IMG/VR virus record: IMGVR_UViG_3300046318_000439 | Coordinates: 32,001 to 96,000 of that record | Origin: a virus | Taxonomy: Duplodnaviria; Caudoviricetes | Length of the DNA: 64,000 nucleotides | Direction: 5' to 3' (one strand) | Shown: piece after piece, positions 1 to 10,230 of the stretch | How positions within the stretch are numbered: position 1 is the stretch's first letter | How the letters are laid out: each line of letters starts with the position of its first letter | The notes under the pieces: model-generated | Told to the model about the DNA's origin: nothing | The model's database searches: none | What the model saw: only the letters and a program-made list of their open reading frames with translations | Made by a program: the position numbers and the translations under genes

Positions 1-528
1 ATTGTATAACTCAGTACTATAAAGTTCTATAGCTTTACGTTTTATCTCAATCACATCCGATATATCAGAATACACATTCGGATTGAACCCCCCAAACTGA
101 CCCATACCCCACATTGTACTAGGCACTACTTCTGAGTAATACAATGCGTTTACGGAGGATGAGGGCTTTGGCCTTGATGCTACTAGGCAGCCTTCCGCGA
201 CCATTCTATGATCAAGATGCACGTCATTTATACTATGAGTGTATATAATTTCTGGCGCATAATGTTGGACCACTCTGCATATATGTTCTGTAACATGTTG
301 ATTATCAAGGCTACAGTCTGGATTGTCCCATATCAGAGGAGTAGCACCTAACAAATCACATGATAGTTGAAATGCCTGGCCTCTTTGATCTTGTACATTA
401 GCTCCAGGCCTGTTACCATTGCAAAGAGACATAACAAGCACTTCATGCTGCTTGGCAAGTTTGCTTATTGTTCCAGACGGACCAAAAGCTTCATCATCTG
501 GGTGTGCAAAAATAAAAGCTATTCTCAT
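1..528 (-). CDS. PIG-L/LmbE-family de-N-acetylase, partial (runs off the window start)
   Basis: Not in the ORF track. Manual translation from ATG at 528 (ATGA overlap with the epimerase stop) is open to base 1: MRIAFIFAHPDDEAFG...YTHSINDVHLDHRMV. It contains the AHPDDE and HxDH metal-binding motifs. Confidence 0.85.
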   Translation of the reverse strand, partial: MRIAFIFAHPDDEAFGPSGTISKLAKQHEVLVMSLCNGNRPGANVQDQRGQAFQLSCDLLGATPLIWDNPDCSLDNQHVTEHICRVVQHYAPEIIYTHSINDVHLDHRMVAEGCLVASRPKPSSSVNALYYSEVVPSTMWGMGQFGGFNPNVYSDISDVIEIKRKAIELYSTELYN

Positions 529-1451
529 AACATTGCTTTTATAATGGCCTCTAAATTGTATCTTGGCTCATATTGAATGTGCCTTTTGATTTTATCTAAC
601 ACCGGCACTCGATATTGAATATCCACGAACCCGCTAGAAAACGCTTGCTCATATGGCACCATTTTAATATTCGAAGATGATCCACTAACTGCGATTACCT
701 TTTCTGCTAACTGAAGCATTGTCACAGGCTCAACATTATTACCGATATTAAACAGTTCACCATTTATCTCTGCTACCTTAATCAATGCATCAATAGCGTC
801 GTTAATGTGACAGAATGAGCGTACTTGTTGTCCATCTCCATGAACAATCAAATCATCACCAGATTTAGCAGCATTAACGAACCTAGGAAGAACCATACCG
901 AAATCTCCTAGTTGGCCTGGCCCTACTACATTGAAAAAACGTACAATGGTATATGGACATTCAGAGGTACGTATCATAAACTCCGTAAGAAGTTTGGATG
1001 TTGAATACGCCCAACGCGTTTTAGATGATGGTCCTATGTTAGCATTATCTTCTTCACTAAAAGGTCCTTCACCGTAAACTTCAGAAGTAGAAGAAAAAAC
1101 TACGTGAGTCTTTGCTTTATCAAACAAAGGAACTAATTTGTGGGCTAACTTTACATTATTGTAGAGTGTTTCTTTAGGCTTCTTATCTCCCAAAGCTACA
1201 CCAACCGAACCAGCCAAATGATATATCTTATCTTGCTTCTTAAATAACCTAAGGAGGACATCATCATCCATCTCGCCTAAGTCACCTTCTACAAACTCAA
1301 ATAGATTTTTATACTCAGCAAAATCTTCTTTATTGAACTTAGCTGTGTTTAAGTTATCAATTACTGTTACGCGATTTTGTCTGTCTTGTAGTAGTCTATG
1401 TACAAGATGTTGGCCGATGAAGCCCGCGCCGCCCAGAACTAAAATCTTCAT
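525..1451 (-). CDS. NAD-dependent nucleotide-sugar epimerase/dehydratase (extended SDR, UDP-glucuronate decarboxylase-like)
   Basis: GGAGFIG Rossmann motif, SSTSEVYG, YSTSK (YxxxK), RFFNVVGP. Confidence 0.9.
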   Translation of the reverse strand: MKILVLGGAGFIGQHLVHRLLQDRQNRVTVIDNLNTAKFNKEDFAEYKNLFEFVEGDLGEMDDDVLLRLFKKQDKIYHLAGSVGVALGDKKPKETLYNNVKLAHKLVPLFDKAKTHVVFSSTSEVYGEGPFSEEDNANIGPSSKTRWAYSTSKLLTEFMIRTSECPYTIVRFFNVVGPGQLGDFGMVLPRFVNAAKSGDDLIVHGDGQQVRSFCHINDAIDALIKVAEINGELFNIGNNVEPVTMLQLAEKVIAVSGSSSNIKMVPYEQAFSSGFVDIQYRVPVLDKIKRHIQYEPRYNLEAIIKAML

Positions 1452-2004
1452 AAATCTCTCCTAATGTAATCTCTTCAATATTAATACTTCTCAAATCAAT
1501 CAGTGCTTCTACGACCTCGTCTATATGAGCGATGTAGTGTAGAGTGTCTGGCTCGCTAGGTTTGTAAGCGTTTTTATCAACACATCTTTTTATGAAATTG
1601 CTATTATGCATTCCATAACCATACACAGATGGTATTCTATAGTTGATGTGCTTTAATGTACTATTATTTAGGTAGATCTCCATACACCGTTTTGCAACAT
1701 TATATGACCCTTGAGGTGTATCATTGATGTCTGCAGCTCCCTTAGAAGAAGCATTTATAAACAAAGCAGTTGGACATATTTGAATGGCTGCTCGTGTTGC
1801 GTCCATAATTGAATCCATCACCTCCAGTGGATTACTATTGATGCGTTCCGTAGTAGATGGAGATGCTAAGTGATATACTCTATCACATTCTATCTGAGGA
1901 AAAGGTCGACCCATAGGATGTACAACATAACCACGTTTTAGTAGTTCTTTAACTAAGTTACTTCCTATAAATCCACTAGCGCCAGTAACAACTACTTTTT
2001 CCAT
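1396..2004 (-). CDS. Short NAD-dependent epimerase/dehydratase
   Basis: Likely start is MEKVVVTGASGFIG at 2004; also YHLAS, YNVAK (YxxxK) and RIPSVYG. Confidence 0.75.
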   Translation of the reverse strand: MEKVVVTGASGFIGSNLVKELLKRGYVVHPMGRPFPQIECDRVYHLASPSTTERINSNPLEVMDSIMDATRAAIQICPTALFINASSKGAADINDTPQGSYNVAKRCMEIYLNNSTLKHINYRIPSVYGYGMHNSNFIKRCVDKNAYKPSEPDTLHYIAHIDEVVEALIDLRSINIEEITLGEIYEDFSSGRRGLHRPTSCT

Positions 2005-2483
2005 ACTTCTCCATCCCACCCCAATCTAATATACCTACACCCTTTAACTTGTAATCCTTCTTTTATGTTCTTTACAAACGTCTGTCGGTCTGGTGGATCA
2101 AAAAGTGGTATGTCTAAAGCCTGCATTAACAATTGATCATCATCCAATAAATGACCTCTTCCGCAAATAGAATAACAACCATTAGATCCAGCATTGACAA
2201 ATATTACCGATCCGTGGTGCTCTGCCCAACCTTTAACATTCAATTTTATTTGCTCGTAGGCTTTGTATAAAACAAATCCAGCAACTCCATATACAATCAC
2301 TCGCTTGCCCTGAGACGCTAAACCAGCTGCAATATTAACCATTGTAGGTTCTTGTATTCCGCAGTTAATCACTCTTTCAGGATATCTACTTACAAACTTT
2401 TTAAATCCCCACATATCAGCATGTAGAAGATAAATGTCATTATTTCCCGCTCTAGCTAAGAATGTGTCCAAAGTACTTCTCAT
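1992..2483 (-). CDS. Transketolase-like pyrimidine-binding (C-terminal) subunit
   Basis: NCGIQEPTMVNIAAGLASQG, AYEQIK, GHLLDD, YIRL motifs. Confidence 0.8.
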   Translation of the reverse strand: MRSTLDTFLARAGNNDIYLLHADMWGFKKFVSRYPERVINCGIQEPTMVNIAAGLASQGKRVIVYGVAGFVLYKAYEQIKLNVKGWAEHHGSVIFVNAGSNGCYSICGRGHLLDDDQLLMQALDIPLFDPPDRQTFVKNIKEGLQVKGCRYIRLGWDGEVWKK

Positions 2484-3175
2484 AACATACTATCCAATTC
2501 TTCTTGTGTGCTAATTTTTCTATAATGCCATTTCTGTACATTTTCCGACATGCATTGCACGCCGTTACCCTTCGTTGTATTGCAGAACACCACATTGGGG
2601 TGGTGACTGCACAGGTGGTCGAACGCTTTCCTCAATTCCTGCTTATTATGCCCATCTACCTCTTGTACACTCCAGCCGTAGTTATCAAAGAAAGATTTGC
2701 ACGGATCAATCGAAACAATGTCCTTTGTACAACCAGTGACCTGAGCGTTATTATTATCAATGGTTACAAAAATGTTACTAATCTTATGTTGACCTATAAA
2801 CTGTATCGCTTCTAAAATATTGCCCATTTGAAGACTTGCATCACTAAGATTCACCCAAACACGTTTAGGATTTACTAAAGCGATTCCAATTGCAACTCCA
2901 AGAGCATTACCGATTGTTTCGTCAGCATAATCTACAAATGATATTTCATCATGCTTAACTCCAACATTCAGTTGTTCAATATTGTCGATTAACCCCATAT
3001 CCTTCCACACGAGATAATATGCCTGAGCTCCAAACGGTTTTCCAATTACAATACCATCCGTGGGTTTGACATACTGATCTTTAAATAAAACCTCAATGTA
3101 ATCCAACATACTTAATGCTGAAGGTATGTGAGATAGTTTATTGTGGTATGAGTAGGTTAGTAATTTATTCTTCAA
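2480..3175 (-). CDS. Transketolase-like TPP-binding (N-terminal) subunit
   Basis: SHIPSALS, GNALGVAIGIA, SDASLQMG...DNN (variant of the GDG-x-NN TPP motif), VDGHN, TTKGNGV..ME...WH. Confidence 0.8.
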   Translation of the reverse strand: MKNKLLTYSYHNKLSHIPSALSMLDYIEVLFKDQYVKPTDGIVIGKPFGAQAYYLVWKDMGLIDNIEQLNVGVKHDEISFVDYADETIGNALGVAIGIALVNPKRVWVNLSDASLQMGNILEAIQFIGQHKISNIFVTIDNNNAQVTGCTKDIVSIDPCKSFFDNYGWSVQEVDGHNKQELRKAFDHLCSHHPNVVFCNTTKGNGVQCMSENVQKWHYRKISTQEELDSML

Positions 3176-4193
3176 TTTGTTTTGGGGGCTTCACTTTATT
3201 AACATAATAATCGCCAGAGCAAATATCCCAGCGACATATTGAACCACTATTATGCAATATTACCATTTTGGTTACTGCTAGGGGATCAGTTACTAAATTA
3301 GTATAAACATCTTTTGGATTCTGCTCTTGCAGGAAGTTGGTCATTGGTCTAGAGCACACAAATACATTACCATCTCCATTTAGATACATGGTGCGCTTAC
3401 CCGCATCGCATTGCCATCCAGTAAAATCAACCCCTCGTTTAAATAGATCATTAGTTGAATATTCAACTCCATCCACTTTATACATTCGTTGGGTTTTGTT
3501 GTGTTTTTTGTAGAAAGCTAAATGACTGTCTCTAATATCATCACTATATTCGTAAGCGTAATAATCGTATATCATCTCACTATTTAATATATTTTTATAT
3601 TGTAAATACTTCTCTACTCTTTCATAGAACTCATTCAATAATTCTTTAGGTATATTTTCCAACATAATATCTAGATTGTATATTGGAATACCCTTAGCTT
3701 CAAGCATCGCAAAGTTATCTTCAAAGTCTTTCAGCTTATATCCGCCACCACGCGTTTTCAATTCCATGAAGTGGTAGGATATACCAATGCGGTCAAAAAG
3801 GTGTATGATCTTCTCTAACTTAGCTGGAGGTAAAGACAAATTGGTTTGCATTTCAATAAACGCTTCTATTCCAGTTTCTTTTGACTTTTGTTTAATGTAG
3901 GATAAAATGTCATACACTCTGTTATGCCGGGTTGCCTCTCCTCCATGGCAATAAAACACAACTCGTTTAAACTTAACCTTGTTAAAGAATATAAACAATT
4001 TGTCTATGGATGTGATAATATCTTCATATGCATAATGCTTGCCAGAATACCAATAGCAATACTCACACTTTAAGTCGCAAGCTTCCGTGATTCGTATTTG
4101 TACGTGATACTCAGAGGCTATGGCATCAGTTCTTCTCTCGCCCTCAATAATCTCATAGCTCTTTGTTGGCTTTAATCTGCGATAGACATTCAC
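3165..4193 (-). CDS. Radical SAM protein (twitch-like C-terminus)
   Basis: CDLKCEYC (CxxxCxxC), GGEAT, C-terminal GWQCDAG...NGDGNVFVC. Confidence 0.9.
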   Translation of the reverse strand: MNVYRRLKPTKSYEIIEGERRTDAIASEYHVQIRITEACDLKCEYCYWYSGKHYAYEDIITSIDKLFIFFNKVKFKRVVFYCHGGEATRHNRVYDILSYIKQKSKETGIEAFIEMQTNLSLPPAKLEKIIHLFDRIGISYHFMELKTRGGGYKLKDFEDNFAMLEAKGIPIYNLDIMLENIPKELLNEFYERVEKYLQYKNILNSEMIYDYYAYEYSDDIRDSHLAFYKKHNKTQRMYKVDGVEYSTNDLFKRGVDFTGWQCDAGKRTMYLNGDGNVFVCSRPMTNFLQEQNPKDVYTNLVTDPLAVTKMVILHNSGSICRWDICSGDYYVNKVKPPKQIEE

Positions 4194-4996
4194 TGGGAGG
4201 CCTCTTTGCTTCTACTAACGTATGTCATTAGTTCTTTATAGAACTCTTCATCATTCATTTCTCGGCCTGTTATCTTGAAGCTTTTTACTCCAGCTTCCTT
4301 CAACTTTTTGAGATGAGGTGAATCGATATCCATACAGTTATATTTACTTTCTTTATTAAAGTCAAATCCTTTAATCCAACACTCCTCTACTTCCTTACTG
4401 TACGGACGACCTGCTGTGTTTTCATCTGCAATTGCCTTAAAGTGCTCATCAAACCGTGAACAATTCCAAATGCATGTATCATTCACCATCACTTCCCATT
4501 TAGTTTTATCTAGTTCTTCTGAACGCTTATCAAATATATGTTCATATCTAGGTACAATCCAGTCATAATCTTTTTCTAGTTGTTTATAGAAGTTAATGTC
4601 TTCGTCTTGTAGAGGAATATTTAACAGTCCCATTCCAGTGATACTGTATATTAAATCATATTTGGGATAGTTAGCTCTAATATATTTACGCAAATCTTCA
4701 TTAACTAAAATAATAGCGTTACCATCTTTATGAAACTTTTCCAGTAGATGATTGCCTACTGGATCATTAAGATCAATTCTATGATTAGTAAACGTGAGGG
4801 CTATACTAATACCTTTATTATAATAGTATTCAATCATACCATCATTATAGTAAATATCTCGGTTGATGCGCCCACCATTCCACTTGCATTTATTAATGCC
4901 ATCATACACAACTAGTTGATCGTTGCCGTTGTACTGAGCTAAAAACTTAATCAGAGGAATGGTTTTACTGAACGCGCCAGCTAAAAGATATCTCAT
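4190..4996 (-). CDS. Peptidase U32-like (Fe-S TIM barrel) protein
   Basis: EVMVNDTCIWNC, distal Cys residues and SFKITGRE, which resembles the U32 SLKIEGR motif. Confidence 0.6.
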   Translation of the reverse strand: MRYLLAGAFSKTIPLIKFLAQYNGNDQLVVYDGINKCKWNGGRINRDIYYNDGMIEYYYNKGISIALTFTNHRIDLNDPVGNHLLEKFHKDGNAIILVNEDLRKYIRANYPKYDLIYSITGMGLLNIPLQDEDINFYKQLEKDYDWIVPRYEHIFDKRSEELDKTKWEVMVNDTCIWNCSRFDEHFKAIADENTAGRPYSKEVEECWIKGFDFNKESKYNCMDIDSPHLKKLKEAGVKSFKITGREMNDEEFYKELMTYVSRSKEASQ

Positions 4997-4997
4997 A

Positions 4998-5753
4998 TTA
5001 CATTAAAAAACACTTGTCGTGATTGCATATGCCATCATGCTTTGTTCGATAGCAACAATTATACAATTCTAAATTGGGTCCATATAGAAAATACTTACCA
5101 TTGTACATGCATGGCTTACCTCGAGGACTGAAGTTGGGATCTCCCCACACTTCAGAACGGAACTTGCCTAAGCGCTCTACATTTTCAAACTGAATAAACT
5201 TAGTGTAATTGGAGTCCCGTCTTAAGGCATTAAATTCTTCTAAAGCCCCATTGGATATACCATCTCCAAAGTCTGATATTGGTGTTAGAAATAAACTCGG
5301 ATGATTATCTGTTAACTCTTTCACCTTTAGATAGTATTTAATAGCTTCTTTACCAGTGTACATTACATCAATCACTTTTATGTTTACTGGATTGTTATTA
5401 AACAAATCGTCAAGCTGATCCAATCTTATCTCTGTAGGATGTATGCTTATGTTGATCTGAAATGGATGTTTGATCCGCTTCATTACAGCAACACTCTTTT
5501 TGCTAAAGTTAGTTTGTATTACAAACGGAACGCTGAACTCATTAAAACATTCTATAATATGTTCAATGTGGGGATGAATGAAAGGCTCACCTCCAAATAT
5601 AAAAACTTCTACGCCAGGATACTTTTCCCCTAATCCTTTAATAAACTCGCGGAGCACATTCTTATCCATTTCAGTGCGCAATGACTGATCTAAGTTGGTG
5701 CAGTAAAAACACCCAAAATTACATTTAAGAGTTATTTCCCATTCAACTAGCAT
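4998..5753 (-). CDS. Radical SAM protein
   Basis: CNFGCFYC, GGEPFIHP, C-terminal GKPC...NCC...CNHDKC. Confidence 0.9.
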   Translation of the reverse strand: MLVEWEITLKCNFGCFYCTNLDQSLRTEMDKNVLREFIKGLGEKYPGVEVFIFGGEPFIHPHIEHIIECFNEFSVPFVIQTNFSKKSVAVMKRIKHPFQINISIHPTEIRLDQLDDLFNNNPVNIKVIDVMYTGKEAIKYYLKVKELTDNHPSLFLTPISDFGDGISNGALEEFNALRRDSNYTKFIQFENVERLGKFRSEVWGDPNFSPRGKPCMYNGKYFLYGPNLELYNCCYRTKHDGICNHDKCFLM

Positions 5754-6678
5754 CTCGCACCTTTAGTTGTTTAAGTAACCCATCGCAATTACAGGCTCGA
5801 TGAGGACACGTCATAGGAATGGTTTTAGTTATTCTTTTGAAATAGTCTGGATCATCTAATAAATTAGTACGAGCATGCTCCATACAGAATTTAATTACTC
5901 CCCCATCCACATCTATCTCATAGTTGTTATTGTAACAACTCCATCCCTTAAAGTTAGTAAGCTTCTGATTATATACTTGATAGTCATTAAACACATCATC
6001 ATCATAACATAGATCTTTTTCAAAATCTTCTAAAAACTTAAAGTACTCCCAAAAATCTTGTCTGTAGTTAAATAGCGTGTGTACGTTCTTTCCGTAAATA
6101 AAATGAGGATGAACTTTGAGACCATCAATCTTGGCACATATTTCAAACATCTCTTTTATTAAAGGCCATAATTTTTTATCATGATGAAGCATGATGTTGA
6201 CCTTACATTGATACCCACGACTTATCATCAACTTGATATTAGATATAAATCTATCTCGATCTGTACAATCAGCTGGATGATAAGAAAACAAAAAAGCTAC
6301 TCTATCACTATACTGGGGATGATCGGTGAAATCTTTCTCTGCATTAGTAACAACATATACGCGGTTAAATTTATCAATCGTGGCAAGTTGGTTTAGGATG
6401 TAATAATAATGAGGGTTGAGGGTAGGTTCTCCACCAAGCAATCCTAGATTGAATGGTAAACTACTTCGTCTTAGGGATTCAATCACCCCATCAATAACTT
6501 CTTTCTTTCCCAGCTTACCCCACTTCTCACCATACTCATTTCTAGCATAGCAGTATGAGCACTTTAACTGACAAATAGTCAAAGTATCCCAATGCACATT
6601 GATGTGATCAGGATTCTGCTGATTGTGATATTGTTTAGAGTATTTCATTTTTAGGAAAGGAGATGTTATCTCCTCCAT
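5743..6678 (-). CDS. Radical SAM protein
   Basis: CQLKCSYC, GGEPTLNP, GWSC...KFC...CPHRAC. The start may instead be at 6648. Confidence 0.9.
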   Translation of the reverse strand: MEEITSPFLKMKYSKQYHNQQNPDHINVHWDTLTICQLKCSYCYARNEYGEKWGKLGKKEVIDGVIESLRRSSLPFNLGLLGGEPTLNPHYYYILNQLATIDKFNRVYVVTNAEKDFTDHPQYSDRVAFLFSYHPADCTDRDRFISNIKLMISRGYQCKVNIMLHHDKKLWPLIKEMFEICAKIDGLKVHPHFIYGKNVHTLFNYRQDFWEYFKFLEDFEKDLCYDDDVFNDYQVYNQKLTNFKGWSCYNNNYEIDVDGGVIKFCMEHARTNLLDDPDYFKRITKTIPMTCPHRACNCDGLLKQLKVRDAS

Positions 6679-7249
6679 CTATTGTTTGGTAATATAAAAC
6701 TTTACTTAATGTTTTGATGCTGGAAGCTTTAGATGCTGCATGCATAGTTAGTTTTATGTCGTTGTGAATGTCGCCATCATTAGGAAAGTTAAAATCACAA
6801 ATCACAGACCGTTTGTATATGTGCTGAGATAGTTGTAGATGTTCTATATTAACACTATCCATAAATTCTTTAGGAGTTAACCATGCATCTTTATATAGAG
6901 TCATAAATGTTAGCATGTTTGGGGTTTCATAACGCGGACAATAATTTCCAGCGATCAAATCAGCATCTAATACTTGATCAAAGAACCCTTCTACTAAGTA
7001 ATCATCATCTTCTAAGAAATATACATACTCCCCTTGAGCTGCTGATAGTAGCAGCTGATAAACTCCACAAAGAGTATCTGTCTTATTGTAGTAATAAGTT
7101 ACTTGAGGATGGTTTATTTCCAATATATCCATACTATCATTATTAACTATAACCTCCACATCAGACGTAATTTGAGCAAGCACACTCTCTAGGCAACGAG
7201 TGAACAGCTTAGGTCTATTGTGAGTAGGTATTAGTATGGATAGCTTCAT
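6635..7249 (-). CDS. Glycosyltransferase family 2
   Basis: LSILIPTHNR..LFTRCLESVLAQ, VIVNND, YVYFLEDDD (DxD). Confidence 0.85.
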   Translation of the reverse strand: MKLSILIPTHNRPKLFTRCLESVLAQITSDVEVIVNNDSMDILEINHPQVTYYYNKTDTLCGVYQLLLSAAQGEYVYFLEDDDYLVEGFFDQVLDADLIAGNYCPRYETPNMLTFMTLYKDAWLTPKEFMDSVNIEHLQLSQHIYKRSVICDFNFPNDGDIHNDIKLTMHAASKASSIKTLSKVLYYQTIDGGDNISFPKNEIL

Positions 7250-8400
7250 CGCACATCAGTGTTTTTTCTATAGAACGTCACATACTTAATTTTATCTCCA
7301 GGTTCTGGAAATACTTCTGTATCCTTGGCTACTTCTTTCTCAATACCATCGCAAATATAAAAGTGCTTACACTTAAGACAGCTAATATCTTTTTGATAAA
7401 AACGCGCTCTATGAGTGGCACAAGCATCATACGCCAATCCAAGCTTTTCTTCTGGAGTATAAGGTTTACTAACATCGATGGTGTATGTGTACATTTCTCG
7501 ATTCCAATCCCGCACATCATAAATGTGTTGATAGGTTCCAGTGACGTACTTCTCATACCCCTTCATGTAACAGAATGGTACATATCGAACATTTACTGTG
7601 ATTCCATTTTGAAGCTTGTCAATGCATTTTTTAATACCATCTGTCATATCTTTATAAGTGGCATTTTTAAAATCGATTACATTGAAATCCCCCCAATAAT
7701 TTAACGTTAGAAAGTTAGCTTCTAATGGGTTGATAGAATTGATTAGATCTGCATATTCGTTTTCAAGTTGATGGTAATTCCTGTAATATACAGTGGCATT
7801 GGTACGAACAATCATACCAAGTTCTTTTGCGTTCTCTATTCCTTGCAATATTCTTTTGAATGAACCTTTACGTCCAGTTATTTCATCGTGAATCTCTTCG
7901 GTCGCTCCATGCAGACTAAACAATATTTCCTTTAGTCCTCTATCTTTTGACTCCTTCAAAAACTCCATATTAGCAAATTTACCACCATGCGATAAACAGC
8001 TAACACTACTAAATCTTTCATTACAATAGTCTAGTATTTGAAACCAATCTGGGCTGACGGAGCTTTCACCTCCACTAAGATCTACCTCTGTAATACCATA
8101 TGCTAGTAAATGATCTGCACGTTTCTTGACAATTTCAAAAGGAGTCTTAATATCCAACATGTCTTTATAATAGCAGAACTCACAATCATAATTGCAGAAT
8201 GTTCCAGTATCCAATCTAGCACGGTTACATGATGGAGTACTATAATCAATGTCAATACCAGCTACCCCTAACTCAGATAGAGCGTTGGGAGTGGCAGATC
8301 CAAGAGTCGCAACACGGTTTTCCGACATTCTATGCACGGCTTTATTTTCCAGCATGTTGTGGAGCTCGATAGGAATTATTTTACGAGGTTTATTACTCAT
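7246..8400 (-). CDS. Radical SAM protein
   Basis: CNYDCEFC, LSGGES, SLHG..EEIHDEITGRKGSF, C-terminal CLKCKHFYICDG. Confidence 0.9.
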   Translation of the reverse strand: MSNKPRKIIPIELHNMLENKAVHRMSENRVATLGSATPNALSELGVAGIDIDYSTPSCNRARLDTGTFCNYDCEFCYYKDMLDIKTPFEIVKKRADHLLAYGITEVDLSGGESSVSPDWFQILDYCNERFSSVSCLSHGGKFANMEFLKESKDRGLKEILFSLHGATEEIHDEITGRKGSFKRILQGIENAKELGMIVRTNATVYYRNYHQLENEYADLINSINPLEANFLTLNYWGDFNVIDFKNATYKDMTDGIKKCIDKLQNGITVNVRYVPFCYMKGYEKYVTGTYQHIYDVRDWNREMYTYTIDVSKPYTPEEKLGLAYDACATHRARFYQKDISCLKCKHFYICDGIEKEVAKDTEVFPEPGDKIKYVTFYRKNTDVR

Positions 8401-9334
8401 TGTTTACCGCCATTTGTTCTTTAACGTAACCAACAAAAAAATCATTAGGAAGAAGTTCTAACCCATTTAAATTAGAATCAATATCTTCTCTTCTTCTATC
8501 AATTCCCCTGCATTCGTAATCAATTTCATACACAACATTTTTTCCATACACGGCACACTCAACGATAAACCTTGGACTGCAGTCTATCTGCCATCTTGTA
8601 GGGGTGTATATGTACGTATCAAATTTCTCAAAGATGTTTTTAATTGGAGCTCTAACAACTTCTACATTTGGTTGCTTAATACTTTCATACAAGTCTGGAT
8701 TGTTTGTGACAATAAGATATTTCTCACATATTTTTTTATCTATAATATGTTTGATGTTATCTGCAGCAGTGGCTCTCATGCTGGTGGTTAGATACAGTAA
8801 TGCAGTGTTTGTTAAGGATTGCTTTGGGGGTTGATATCTTCCCCATAGTATCTTTTTAACATAATCTACTACTTTAATGTTTAGCTCCTCAAACCGTTCT
8901 GGATATAGTTTAAAGTCTTGCATTAAATGTGTGCGCTTGATTGTTTTATTATTATGAAAATAACCAAAATTATTTTCTGAACACCTTAACAGAAATACAT
9001 TATCAGCATACATTACACAATCAAGGATGCGCCACGAACCATCTACTATACAAACATTATTGGCTAATATTATCTTGGGACGATAACACTCAAACGTGTT
9101 GTCTAATATATCCCTCAACTCTTTGTCGTTGAAATTATATTTGTCCTTTAAAGCTGTGGTGAATATTTCTTTGGTAATTCCATCTGATAAAAGTACAGCA
9201 CATTTAATATTGTTAATACTACAAATATAATAATAGTCTATCATCTCGTAAAGATGACCAGACACTCCATGAGTATAAAAGAATGATGTTGTGAATACTA
9301 AGTCATAATCCTTTAGATTGAGTATCTTCGACAT
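8393..9334 (-). CDS. Hypothetical protein, possible glycosyltransferase (GT-B)-like
   Basis: C-terminal FDTYIYTP...DCSPRFIVECAVYGK resembles the GT-B donor-binding segment; weak match. Confidence 0.4.
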   Translation of the reverse strand: MSKILNLKDYDLVFTTSFFYTHGVSGHLYEMIDYYYICSINNIKCAVLLSDGITKEIFTTALKDKYNFNDKELRDILDNTFECYRPKIILANNVCIVDGSWRILDCVMYADNVFLLRCSENNFGYFHNNKTIKRTHLMQDFKLYPERFEELNIKVVDYVKKILWGRYQPPKQSLTNTALLYLTTSMRATAADNIKHIIDKKICEKYLIVTNNPDLYESIKQPNVEVVRAPIKNIFEKFDTYIYTPTRWQIDCSPRFIVECAVYGKNVVYEIDYECRGIDRRREDIDSNLNGLELLPNDFFVGYVKEQMAVNNE

Positions 9335-10224
9335 TATTGCTTTTCCTTATAAAAGTTTAGCATAAAGTCAGCATGACAATACTCTCTGGGGCATGTTACG
9401 TTCACGCAGGCATTCTGTTTATTGATTCGAATCGGCATAGGAGCTCTCGTGCACGAGTTAACTATTGTACCATCAGATAAGATTTCATATAACAAAGCCT
9501 TACAACGATATCCCTTGAATTTGACCATGTCATCTTTCAAGGCATTGAATATTGGAACATGCACTTCCCGACCGTCGCTATATTGAAAGCGATATGTTTG
9601 TTTATCAGCTATGTTCTTGAGTCTAGGTTCAAATATCTTATAAAACTCATCATTATACGTTATTGTATTGCCTGGAGTGGATAATAATATATTGAGATCG
9701 TATCTTACGCCATGGCGGTCGAACTGATCGATCATGTCTAATATCTGAGGCCAGTCTTTTGGATTATCTGATAAATTTATATGACAGTAGAAGTTCTTGT
9801 CTTTAAAAGCTATACACTTATCAAGAAATGTCTGATCGTAATATTGTGCATGGTATGAGGCTGCTAGTCGTATCTTATCGCTGACAAATGTCTGCTGCAA
9901 GAAATGCATGGGCTTTGATAGATTTGTTTTAATTTCTATCAGTGTACACTTAGACATATCAGATAGTTGCTGAAGGATGTCTATAAAGTTTGGATGAAGA
10001 GTGGGTTCTCCGCCATACAGATCTACTTCAAAATCTGTATCAATCATAGAAAGTCTTTGAAGTACTAGCTTGTGTTTGGATGGCGATGTATCTTTAGAAT
10101 ATCGCTCTACCATTTTGTCTGCAGCGTTACAATAGGTGCACTTAAAGTTACACCAATCTACAAGGAACCATTCAAAGTGTATTGTGTTATAATTTTCAAT
10201 ACCAACATTATCTATAGCGGTCAT
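9334..10224 (-). CDS. Radical SAM protein
   Basis: CNFKCTYC, GGEPTLHP, GYRC...NSC...CPREYC. Confidence 0.9.
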   Translation of the reverse strand: MTAIDNVGIENYNTIHFEWFLVDWCNFKCTYCNAADKMVERYSKDTSPSKHKLVLQRLSMIDTDFEVDLYGGEPTLHPNFIDILQQLSDMSKCTLIEIKTNLSKPMHFLQQTFVSDKIRLAASYHAQYYDQTFLDKCIAFKDKNFYCHINLSDNPKDWPQILDMIDQFDRHGVRYDLNILLSTPGNTITYNDEFYKIFEPRLKNIADKQTYRFQYSDGREVHVPIFNALKDDMVKFKGYRCKALLYEILSDGTIVNSCTRAPMPIRINKQNACVNVTCPREYCHADFMLNFYKEKQ

Positions 10225-10230
10225 TTTGCT

